From Candidatus Spongiisociaceae bacterium (lineage in GTDB: Bacteria > Actinomycetota > Acidimicrobiia > Spongiisociales > Spongiisociaceae), in NCBI GenBank assembly GCA_965202665.1, contig OZ241841.1, positions 1,735,367 to 1,799,366 on the forward strand: a DNA stretch of 64,000 nt, in the 5' to 3' direction. Positions 48,602-56,807 of this stretch are shown here, piece after piece (positions within the stretch are counted from its first letter, which is position 1; each line of letters starts with the position of its first letter). The notes below the pieces were generated by a model. That model had not been told where the DNA came from. It saw only the letters and a list, made by a program, of their open reading frames with translations, and did not search any database. The position numbers and the translations under genes are program-made.

Positions 48602-49210
48602 CCGCTACCGGGAGGAAGGTGAGGCTGGTTTGGGGAAGACCCGTCGTCGCGGCCGCGTGCCCCCGGCCGCGCGCCACCCCAGCGGTAGAAGAAGAACAAC
48701 AGGCGTTACGCGCGCGGCGGGCGTTCCGGACGGCCAGGCCGGTTATCCGACGTTGATAGGGCGCCGGGAAGACGGCTATCAACCGCACCCTCCGCCGCTA
48801 TAGGAACATTGCTCAGTAGGAACGCCATCAGCCGACCAGCAAGCCGCTCAGAACCAGTCCCAGACGGGTGATGCTGCACGAACGCAGCAAGTCGGGAAAA
48901 TCGCCGCTGGACCCGTTGGAGCCAGTGGCGGAGGGCTTGGTTTCGGGTTTGGTTGTATCGCTCTACTTTGCCGTTCTGCTGGGGATGATAGGGTTTGATC
49001 GTGATATGACGGATGCCGTGCTGGGAGAGCAGGGAAGCGAATGCTCGGCTGCGGGTGTAGCTCCAGTGGTTGTCGGTCATGATCTCCGCGATGTGGGTTT
49101 ATGCCTAGTTGGTGGAAGTGGTGGAGGGCGCGGGCGGTGAACGCGGCGACGGTGGTTCCTTTCCCGTCCGGCAACGGCTCGGAGTAGGCGAGGCGGGTGT
49201 AGTCGTCCAC
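48601..49210. mobile_element. rearranged degenerate IS481 copy (5'-truncated N-terminal part on + strand, C-terminal part inverted)
   Basis: 48601-48900 is about 80% identical to IS481 36773-37070. Minus-strand ORFs encode MDDYTRLAYSE...GTTVAAFTARAL and MTDNHWSYTRSR...YHPQQNGKVERYNQT. Confidence 0.55.
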
Positions 49211-49420
49211 AGTCCCAGCCTGAATTAGGATGTCCAGGTTTCCAGGCCATCAGCAGGCACCATCATCCAGGCTGTATATGACCTCTGGTTCAGCCTGTGC
49301 CTGGTCAGGCTGATAGTGGTCTGTGGCATACACAGGCAACAGGTATCTGACCTGCTGTTTGTTGGATGTAGCAGGTTTCTGCTGTGGATGGCCGCAATGA
49401 GGGGGGCTAGGCTCTGCTGG

Positions 49421-49912
49421 TTAGCATCGTGTCATAAAAGCAGTATCGCTTGTTCTTATGTTAAAAATATATGGGTCAGATAGGCCAGTGGGGGATATTT
49501 CTAGAGCAGCATCTGACGCTGCTAGCGTATCAAAGTTTTGGTCTCCATCGGGTATAAAATCTAAACGCATCCAACGGCATCGATAACTACCTGTTCGATA
49601 TCGTCCAGGTTCAATATAACGGATATGTGTCTGATTATCATACCAAATCTCACCATTTGAATTGCGTATATTCTGAATATTATCACCGCCAGGGTTAGCC
49701 CTTACAAAAAAGATTTGGGTTCCACTTTGAAAATCAAATTGAACATAACCTGGTATTTGTTGTTTCACCCTTTGTCGCCATTGGTTCCCTGCGACTATGA
49801 ATGAGGCGAATTCAGCTCTGGTTATTCCATCATCAAACGCCCTTTGTAGTACTTTCAATAGACCATCTATCCTGCTCCTGGATGGCCTGCTGGATGGCCC
49901 GCACGGTGGCAA
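49421..49912 (-). CDS. hypothetical protein in low-GC patch
   Basis: ORF in a roughly 35% GC segment. Confidence 0.3.
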   Translation of the reverse strand: MPPCGPSSRPSRSRIDGLLKVLQRAFDDGITRAEFASFIVAGNQWRQRVKQQIPGYVQFDFQSGTQIFFVRANPGGDNIQNIRNSNGEIWYDNQTHIRYIEPGRYRTGSYRCRWMRLDFIPDGDQNFDTLAASDAALEISPTGLSDPYIFNIRTSDTAFMTRC

Positions 49913-49959
49913 ACTGGATTGCCATTTGGATGTTCTGCTGGTCAGACATCAGGCCTGTC

Positions 49960-50184
49960 CTATTCTGCTATCAGAGCATTCTGGATAGTCAGGATGACGG
50001 CAGGGAAACCGCAATCCTGGATGGACTGGTTGGCCTGCTGAACATCAGGTTCTGCCTGCTGGATACCTGGATGGTCTGACAGAGCCTGGACAGCATCATC
50101 CAAATCCTGGACTGACCATTTCAGTTTGTAATACAGAGCATCCAGTTGTTTTTGAATACCAGTGTCAGGGTTCTGTTCTGCCAT
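49960..50184 (-). CDS. small acidic hypothetical protein
   Basis: MAEQNPDTGIQKQLDALYYKL...; its N-terminus resembles the ORFs at 50368-50700 and 17383-17616. Confidence 0.3.
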   Translation of the reverse strand: MAEQNPDTGIQKQLDALYYKLKWSVQDLDDAVQALSDHPGIQQAEPDVQQANQSIQDCGFPAVILTIQNALIAE

Positions 50185-50367
50185 CAGCCTATCCTGATTA
50201 TCTGCTCTGCCTGGTTCTGCGTCAGGCCTGTGCGGTCAGTGCTATCAGTCCATCATCAGGCAGGACAGGAATAGTCAGGCAATTACCTGACATCCGAACC
50301 TGACGGAGCAGACCCTTGGTCTGGTCAGAGCCTGATAGATGTGGCCTGACAGACTGGTCTGGCGCCA

Positions 50368-50700
50368 TCAGGCAGGCTCCATCCAGGCAGGGTCAGATTT
50401 CACCATTGCCACTACAGCGTTCCAGGCCATCAGGACAGACACTATTTCATCCCTGACTTCCAGCAGATTTTCAAATGCCTGATCGACAGATTTCCATTGG
50501 TTATGGAACATCAGGGCAGTGTCTGTGTCCAGACCAGCAGGCAGGACAGGAAATGGCAGAACAGGCTCGGGTTCATCAGTCAGGCCTGCCTTCTGTATGA
50601 CCTGTCTCATAACCTTGTCCAGACTGGCACCTGCCACAATGGACTGGATGATGTCCAGCAGGTCTGCCCTGACCTGCTCCGCCGTGTTCTGCTCTGTCAT
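50368..50700 (-). CDS. small acidic hypothetical protein
   Basis: MTEQNTAEQVRADLLDIIQSIV...; paralog-like to the neighbouring small ORF. Confidence 0.3.
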   Translation of the reverse strand: MTEQNTAEQVRADLLDIIQSIVAGASLDKVMRQVIQKAGLTDEPEPVLPFPVLPAGLDTDTALMFHNQWKSVDQAFENLLEVRDEIVSVLMAWNAVVAMVKSDPAWMEPA

Positions 50701-50977
50701 TGTTCCCTTCCATCTCGGGTGCTTACCCTATTTATACATCAGGCTGATATGATTTGTCCAGTCCATCAGGCTCTGGTGGTGCCGTAAATTGGCATAACCG
50801 CAGGTCATAGGCGGTTTCTGCTAACGGCAAATGTTTCACGGCAGGGTCTGTTCTGCCGCTTACCACAGGTCTGTCAGGTCAGGTTCCAGGCAGATGTCAT
50901 CAGGCCTGGACATTCAGCAGTCTGCCATTCCAGGCTGGATGTGGTCAGTCCGTTCCTGTCAGGTCTGGTGGAATAGT

Positions 50978-51678
50978 GGCTCTTCGGATTTGAGGGGGGA
51001 GTAGGGGGTTAGGGGGGTTGCGTTGGTTTTGGGGTGGGGTCCTCCATAATCGGGGTTGTAAACCTATTCCCGAGGGTTAGGAGGACCCCTGTGGTGACCG
51101 ATTATAAGCGGGTGTGTAGGGTTTTGGCGGGGGTTGGAGGTTGAGGTAGTGGGGGCCGGAGGAGACGACCGGGGGCCTGGCGGTGGGGGTGCGGTTGGTG
51201 GGGAGGCCGCGGTGCGGGGTGTTGAGCAAGGGTTGGAGGAGGGCTCGGTTGGCGGATCAGCCCTGTTTCGGCCGGGCGGTGATTTTGGAATGGTCCAAAC
51301 GGCGGCGGCGGTGTCCTGATGCGGGGTGCGGGGTGGGGTCGTTTGCGGAGCAGGACCCGCGGATAGCCCCGGTGCGGGCCCGGTTGACTTCTCGGGCGGC
51401 TAGGTGGGCGACGCAGCAGGTGGGCCGGGGGCGGACGGCGGCGGGGGTGGCGGAGGAGATTGGTTGCGACTGGCGTACCGTAGCGAAGGAGGTGAACCGG
51501 TGGGGGGAAGCCCTGCTGGAAGCCGACCGGGATCGGGCGGGGATAGTGGAGGCTTAGGGTTGGACGAGACCCTGTTCCTCCGTCAGGGCCCTTGGCGGCG
51601 GAGGATGTGGATAACCGCGGCGGTGGACATCCGCAACCGTCGGCTGATCGACGTTTTCCCAGGTAAAGACGCTAAAGG
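50978..51678 (+). mobile_element. ISL3-family element remnant (left terminal repeat + frameshifted N-terminal half of transposase)
   Basis: Terminal motif GGCTCTTCGGATTTGAGGGGGG at 50978. Transposase fragments encode C..C zinc-ribbon CPDAGCGV, RTVAKEVNRW and LGLDETLFLRQGPWRRRMWITAAVDIRNRRLIDVFPGKDA, the ISL3 signature region. Interrupted at 51679 by another copy of the terminal motif. Confidence 0.6.
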
Positions 51679-51694
51679 GGTTCTTCGCGTTTGA
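51183..51694 (+). pseudogene. ISL3-family transposase, N-terminal ~190 residues, frameshifted and truncated
   Basis: Two overlapping frames (51183-51557 and 51404-51694) together reconstruct an ISL3 transposase N-terminus. Confidence 0.6.
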
Positions 51695-51731
51695 GGGGGG
51701 AGTTGGAGGTAAGGGGGTGACGCTGGTTTGG
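51679..51731 (+). repeat. ISL3-type terminal-repeat-like motif (copy 5), abutting the selB 3' end
   Basis: GGTTCTTCGCGTTTGAGGGGGGAGTTGGAGGTAAGGGGGTGACGCTGGTTTGG. Confidence 0.45.
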
Positions 51732-51744
51732 GGCGGGGGCGCGT

Positions 51745-53553
51745 TTATCGGGGCGGGGCGGGGCGGCGGCCGGTCAGCGAACGTTCATCGCCGTGCCGGA
51801 CGGTCGCCCCGGAGCCGTCCAGCCATTCCAGCAACGGAACCGCGTATTTGCGGGTCAGCCCCATCGCGTCCCGGAAGGCGGCCACCGTGAACCGCTCCGG
51901 CAGGTCGCCCAAGCGGGCCAGAAGTTCTTCAATCTGTTCGGGCAGGTAGACCAGATGGTCGGAGATCCGCACCAGCCGGCCCTCCCGCACCAGGATGTGA
52001 ACCAGTTCCGGGTCCGCCCGCAGTTCCGCCACCCGGGGGGCTTGCAGCCCCGCCTCCCGCAGCTCCCGCCGGATGCGCTCCCATTCGGCGTTTTCCCCCT
52101 CTTGGAAGGCGGGGGCGAAACCGGCTTCCGCCACCGCCGAGCCCTTTTCCTCCAGGCGGGGTTCCAAAGACAGAAGCGCGGACAGGGCCTCGGCCTCCAC
52201 CCCCAGCCGGCTGGCCAAGCTGGCTTTGGGAATGCCCGGACGCAACGGGTTTTCCCGGTGGTAGGAGGCGACCGTCCGCCGGGCCCGCTCGGCCAGCCGG
52301 GCGGCCCGTTCCCCGGCTAAAAACATTTCGCCCGCCTCCAGGCCGTTTGCCGGCCGCCCGCCTCCCGAATGGGCGGCCAGCACCCGGGACTTTTCCATCC
52401 CCCGCCCCTCCAGCAACGCATCGGCCCGTTGGCCGGGGGAGCCGTCCAACGCCCCCCGCAGCCGGGCGGCCAAACCGGCCCGCACTTTCGCCTGCGGGGG
52501 GGCGAACGGCTCCAACACCCGTCCGCCGCCCGCGATCAGGCGGCGTCCCGAATCCCGCACAACGAACCGGTCGCCCATCCGCACCGGGGCCGGGCGGTCC
52601 AGTTCCAACACCGCCAGCTGCTCGCCGGTTTCCGTTTCCGATACGGGACGCAGGCGAATCGTCCATGTCCCGCTGCCCAAATGCATCTGATAGGCCCCCC
52701 GCCCGGTGAAAGGCCGCTCCCGGTAGCGGGCGCGGCGCAACAGGGCCAACAGGCGGCGGGAGGGGACCCATTCCCCGGGGCGGCCCAGCATCGCCCCCCG
52801 CTCCGTCTTCTCCCGTTCCAAACCGGCCAGCCCCACCGCCGTTCTGCAACCCGGCCCCACCGTTCGCCGTTCGGCTTCGTGCGACTGCAGGGAACGGATG
52901 CGGCTTTTCCATCCACCGGGGTGAAACTCCACCGGATCCCCTATCGCCAGCGGGCCGCCCACCAGCGTCCCGGTGGCCACCGTGCCCGTTCCGGCGACGG
53001 TGAAAGAACGATCCACCCACAGGCGGGGGCGCCCTTCGTCCCGCACCGGACAGCCGTCGGCCATTTGCGCCAGACGCTCCCGCAGCCGCTCCATCCCCTC
53101 CCCGGTGACCGCCGACACCGGGACGATCGGCGACCCGTCCAGCGAAGTTCCCGCCAGGCGCTCCGAAACTTCCAAAGCGGCCAACTCGGCCAAATCTTCG
53201 TCCACCCGGTCCGCTTTGGTGAGGGCGATCACCCCCCGGCGGACGTCCAGCGCGTCCAGCGCCGCCAAATGCTCCTCCGACTGCGGCATCCAGCCTTCGT
53301 CGGCGGCCACCGCCATCAGGGCGGCGTCGAAGCCTTCCGTTCCGGCCAGCATGTTTTTGATGAAACGTTCATGGCCGGGGACGTCCACGAACGAAACCTC
53401 CCCCCGCCCCAGACGGGTCCAGGCGAAACCCAGGTCGATGGTGAGGCCCCGTTCTTTCTCCTCCCGCCAGCGGTCCGGGTCGCGGCCGGTGAGGGCCGCC
53501 ACCAGGGTGGATTTGCCGTGGTCGACGTGGCCGGCGGTTCCTATGACCGGCAT
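51745..53553 (-). CDS. selB: selenocysteine-specific translation elongation factor
   Basis: MPVIGTAGHVDHGKSTLVAALTG G1 motif, DVPGHE G3 motif, and winged-helix C-terminal domains for SECIS binding; 602 aa. Confidence 0.9.
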   Translation of the reverse strand: MPVIGTAGHVDHGKSTLVAALTGRDPDRWREEKERGLTIDLGFAWTRLGRGEVSFVDVPGHERFIKNMLAGTEGFDAALMAVAADEGWMPQSEEHLAALDALDVRRGVIALTKADRVDEDLAELAALEVSERLAGTSLDGSPIVPVSAVTGEGMERLRERLAQMADGCPVRDEGRPRLWVDRSFTVAGTGTVATGTLVGGPLAIGDPVEFHPGGWKSRIRSLQSHEAERRTVGPGCRTAVGLAGLEREKTERGAMLGRPGEWVPSRRLLALLRRARYRERPFTGRGAYQMHLGSGTWTIRLRPVSETETGEQLAVLELDRPAPVRMGDRFVVRDSGRRLIAGGGRVLEPFAPPQAKVRAGLAARLRGALDGSPGQRADALLEGRGMEKSRVLAAHSGGGRPANGLEAGEMFLAGERAARLAERARRTVASYHRENPLRPGIPKASLASRLGVEAEALSALLSLEPRLEEKGSAVAEAGFAPAFQEGENAEWERIRRELREAGLQAPRVAELRADPELVHILVREGRLVRISDHLVYLPEQIEELLARLGDLPERFTVAAFRDAMGLTRKYAVPLLEWLDGSGATVRHGDERSLTGRRPAPPR

Positions 53554-54899
53554 ACGGTGCGCAGGGCGGCCGCCACCCGGGGGTCGTCATCGGGATGAAC
53601 CGCCCGCAAATCAAGCAACAGGTCGCCGCCGCTCCGGCGGGCCGCCACCGCCGGGTCGGTTCGCAGCAGGGCCCCCCACAGGCGCTCCCCCTCCCCGGCC
53701 AAGGCCAAAACCGGGGAGGGCACGGTCATTCCCGGAACGGAACCGGCCCCCGCCGCCGCCTCCGACTCCCGCAGAACGGGGGCTGTCCCGGCCGCCCCGG
53801 CCACCGCCCGCAACCGTTCCCCCAGGGCCTCCACCGGTGTGGCGGCCATCGCCCAGAAAGGTATTTCCCCGGCCCGCCCGGAGGCGTACAGTTCGGCGGT
53901 GACGGTGAGCCCGGCGATGGTCGGGCCGTCCAGCCGCAGGGCCCGGGCCAGCGGGTTGCGCCGCAGCCGGGACACCAACTCTTCCCGTCCGGCGATGATT
54001 CCCGCCTGGCATCCCCCGAACAGTTTGTCCCCCGAAAACATGGCCAGATCGGCTCCCCGTTGCAAGGTTTGGCGCACCCCCGGTTCGTCGGCCAGCCAAG
54101 CGGGGGGAGGGCCCGCCGCCCAGGGAACGGTTTCGTCCAGCAGGCCGCTCCCCAGGTCGTAGGCCGCCGGCAAACCCCGCTCGGCCCCCAGATGCGCCAA
54201 CTCCGAGATCCCGGTGTGTTCTTCGAACCCGGCGATGCGGAAGTTGGAAGGATGCACTTTGAGCAACAGGGCGGAGTCGTCGCCCAAGGCCCGTTGGTAG
54301 TCGGACAGGCGGGTGCGGTTGGTGGTTCCCACTTCCACCAGCCGCGCCCCGGAGGCGGCCATCAAATCCGGCAGGCGGTAGGAGCCCCCGATTTCGATTA
54401 ACTCCCCGCGGGAGACCGGAACCTCCCGCCCGGCGGCCAAAGTGTGCAAAACCAGAAACAGGGCGGCGGCGTTGTTGTTCACCGCCAAAACCGCCTCCGC
54501 CCCGGTCAGGCGGGCCAGCAGGCCCTCCAAATAGGCGCCCCGGGAGCCCCTCCCCCCCCGGTTCAGGTCGAACTCCAGGTTGCCGTAGCCGACGGCCGCC
54601 GCCCGGGCTTCTTCGGCGGCCGCCCGATGGAGGGGGGCGCGGCCCAGGTTGGTGTGCAGGAGCACCCCGGTGGCGTTGATCACCGGGCGGTGCCGCAGAA
54701 AGCGCAGGCGGCGAATTTCCCGCCGGGCCCGTTCCTCCGGGTCGGCTTCCCGCCCGGCCATCCGGTCGGCGCGGGCGGAATCGATGGCGGCCCTCGCCGC
54801 TTCCACCACCAGGGCCCCGGGCAGGCCGTAATCCTCCCCGGAGGCGGCCAACCGGCCGACTAGGGCGTCAACGGCGGGCAGGCCGCGCAGGTTAGTCAT
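53541..54899 (-). CDS. selA: L-seryl-tRNA(Sec) selenium transferase
   Basis: PVINATGVLLHTNLGRAPL, NNNAAALFL, SRGELIEIGGSYRLPD (PLP lysine region) and VGTTNRT are all strongly SelA-like. 13-nt overlap with the selB start. Confidence 0.9.
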   Translation of the reverse strand: MTNLRGLPAVDALVGRLAASGEDYGLPGALVVEAARAAIDSARADRMAGREADPEERARREIRRLRFLRHRPVINATGVLLHTNLGRAPLHRAAAEEARAAAVGYGNLEFDLNRGGRGSRGAYLEGLLARLTGAEAVLAVNNNAAALFLVLHTLAAGREVPVSRGELIEIGGSYRLPDLMAASGARLVEVGTTNRTRLSDYQRALGDDSALLLKVHPSNFRIAGFEEHTGISELAHLGAERGLPAAYDLGSGLLDETVPWAAGPPPAWLADEPGVRQTLQRGADLAMFSGDKLFGGCQAGIIAGREELVSRLRRNPLARALRLDGPTIAGLTVTAELYASGRAGEIPFWAMAATPVEALGERLRAVAGAAGTAPVLRESEAAAGAGSVPGMTVPSPVLALAGEGERLWGALLRTDPAVAARRSGGDLLLDLRAVHPDDDPRVAAALRTVCRS

Positions 54900-54933
54900 C
54901 GGCTAAGAATAACGATAGCGTAAAATAGGGGGC

Positions 54934-55305
54934 ATGGGGTGGTTGCTTCGCCTGGCTTTCTTTCTGGTCCCGGCCGCGGAACTGGGGCTGTTCGCGGTCG
55001 TGTGGAGCCGCATCGGGCTGGGATGGGCCCTTTTGGCGGTGGCGGCCACCGCCCTGATCGGGGCGGCCCTGGTGCGCCGTCAAGGGCTGGCCGTTTGGGA
55101 GAAGATGCGGGAAGACCTGGCCGCGGGCGGAACCCCGGCCCGGCATTTGGCGCACGGCGTCCTGTTGCTGGTGGGCGGCGCGCTGTTGCTGACCCCCGGG
55201 TTTTTGACCGACGGGGCCGGGTTCGCCCTGATGATCCCCCCGGTGCGGGAGGCTTTGTACAATGCGGGCGTCCGCCGCTTGCGCCGCCGCGCCGTCAACA
55301 TTTGA
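54934..55305 (+). CDS. fxsA: FxsA-family cytoplasmic membrane protein
   Basis: LVRRQGLAVWEKMREDLAAGGTPA...LLLTPGFLTDGAGFALMIPPVRE parallels E. coli FxsA LVRNQGF...LLLPGFFTD...LLLPP. Confidence 0.75.
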   Translation: MGWLLRLAFFLVPAAELGLFAVVWSRIGLGWALLAVAATALIGAALVRRQGLAVWEKMREDLAAGGTPARHLAHGVLLLVGGALLLTPGFLTDGAGFALMIPPVREALYNAGVRRLRRRAVNI

Positions 55306-55979
55306 TGACCCCCCGGCCCGCTTCCACCCTGGTTCTGTTGCGTACGGCGGGGGGGCGGATGGAGACGTTGATGATTAAACGGCAGGCGGCCCTGTTCGGG
55401 GCCGGATGGTGGGTGTTCCCCGGCGGGTCGCTGGAACCCGCCGACCGGCTCCCCGAAAACCGGGAGTTGGTGGCCGGGGCGGGGCGGGAAGAAGACATCC
55501 CCTGGATAGCGGCCGCTTTGCGGGAAACCGCCGAAGAAGTCGGGTTGTGCCCGACCCGGCCCGACCGGTTGGCGGAACGGCCCGACCCGGCGGACGTGTA
55601 CGGGTGGCTGCGCCGGTCGGGGGTCCGGATGGACGGGGGCGGGTTGGCTTTGCTGTCCAACTGGGTCACGCCCGCCGGGGTGCGCAAACGTTTCGACACC
55701 CGCTTCTACGTAGCTCAGTGGGGCGGCCCGGGGGAACCCCGTCCGGATCGGGCGGAAGTGGCGGAGGCGGAATGGGTGGCCCCGGAGGCGATGCTGGGGC
55801 GGGAACGCCGGGAATATCCGCTAATCCAACCCACCTATGAGACTTTGGAACTGTTGGCCCGGTTTGACTCCCCGCAGGCGGTGGTTGATTTCGCACGCGG
55901 GCGGGAAGTGGTTCCCATTCATCCTCCGCTGGAATGGGCGCCGCCGGAAAGCGGGCGGGCCGCGGGGGCGGGGGGGTAG
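55305..55979 (+). CDS. NUDIX hydrolase
   Basis: Nudix box GGSLEPADRLPENRELVAGAGREEDIPWIAAALRETAEEVGL (the ordinary 23-residue box has an insertion here). ATGA-coupled to fxsA. Confidence 0.7.
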   Translation: MTPRPASTLVLLRTAGGRMETLMIKRQAALFGAGWWVFPGGSLEPADRLPENRELVAGAGREEDIPWIAAALRETAEEVGLCPTRPDRLAERPDPADVYGWLRRSGVRMDGGGLALLSNWVTPAGVRKRFDTRFYVAQWGGPGEPRPDRAEVAEAEWVAPEAMLGRERREYPLIQPTYETLELLARFDSPQAVVDFARGREVVPIHPPLEWAPPESGRAAGAGG

Positions 55980-55982
55980 CGG

Positions 55983-56807
55983 ATGTTTTCGACGGTGCGC
56001 ATCCTGGCCCCCAACCCCGGCGTTTTCACCGGGCCGGGCACCAACACCTATGTCGCGGTTTCCGGCGGTGAATGTGTGATAATCGACCCGGGGCCGGTGG
56101 AAGAATCCCATCGGCGGGCGATTCTGGGAGCGGTGGATGGCTTGCAGCCCAGGGCGGTGCTGGTTACGCACACCCACCCCGACCATGCGCCGCTGGCCAA
56201 TCCGCTGGCGGAGCGGCTGGGCGTCGCCGCCTACGGCTTTGCGCCCGGCCCCGAATTCGCGCCCGATCGGCGGTTGCGGGACGGCGACCGCCTGCGTTTC
56301 GGAGAGGAGGTTCTGGAGGTGTTGCACACCCCCGGCCATTCCGACGATCATCTGTGTTTCCGGCTGGGAGGCGCGGTGTTCACCGGCGACCACATCATGG
56401 GGGGCTCCACGGTGATAGTGGAGGACATGGCCCTTTATCTCCGCTCCCTGGAAAGGCTTCGCGGATGGGAGATGACCCGCCTGCTGCCCGGCCACGGGGA
56501 GCCGATGGACCGCCCCTATCAGACGGTGGACGACTATTTGGCCCACCGTCTGATGCGGGAAAGGCAGATTACGGCGGCCCTGGAAGGGGGAGCGGCGCGG
56601 GTGGGGGAGATAGTGGAGGCGGTCTACCGCGATGTGGATCGGGTGTTGCATCCTTTGGCGGCCCGTTCCGTTTTGGCCCACCTGGTAAAACTGGAAGCGG
56701 AAGGAAAAGTGGAGTTGCCGCCGCTGGCGTCGGGCGGGGACGGGGGCGGGGACGCCGGGCGGTGGGAGCGGAGGGCGGTTCTTGTGACGGGGCGGGAGGG
56801 GCGATGA
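55983..56807 (+). CDS. MBL-fold metallo-hydrolase
   Basis: HTHPDH metal-binding motif, HTPGHSDDH and LLPGHG. Confidence 0.8.
   Translation: MFSTVRILAPNPGVFTGPGTNTYVAVSGGECVIIDPGPVEESHRRAILGAVDGLQPRAVLVTHTHPDHAPLANPLAERLGVAAYGFAPGPEFAPDRRLRDGDRLRFGEEVLEVLHTPGHSDDHLCFRLGGAVFTGDHIMGGSTVIVEDMALYLRSLERLRGWEMTRLLPGHGEPMDRPYQTVDDYLAHRLMRERQITAALEGGAARVGEIVEAVYRDVDRVLHPLAARSVLAHLVKLEAEGKVELPPLASGGDGGGDAGRWERRAVLVTGREGR

Noticed and set aside
51134-51319. 61-aa ORF MEVEVVGAGGDD... upstream of the ISL3 transposase fragment
   Set aside because: G-rich terminal-repeat region of the IS element, and Gly-rich nonsense. The true transposase frame starts at 51183.
54899-54934. Searched for tRNA-Sec (selC) and other tRNAs around selAB, and in intergenic gaps such as 16650-16880 and 22665-22948
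   Set aside because: There is no cloverleaf-compatible sequence with a 3' CCA-adjacent acceptor stem that I could convince myself of. The gaps are too short or lack the conserved T-loop GTTC motif.
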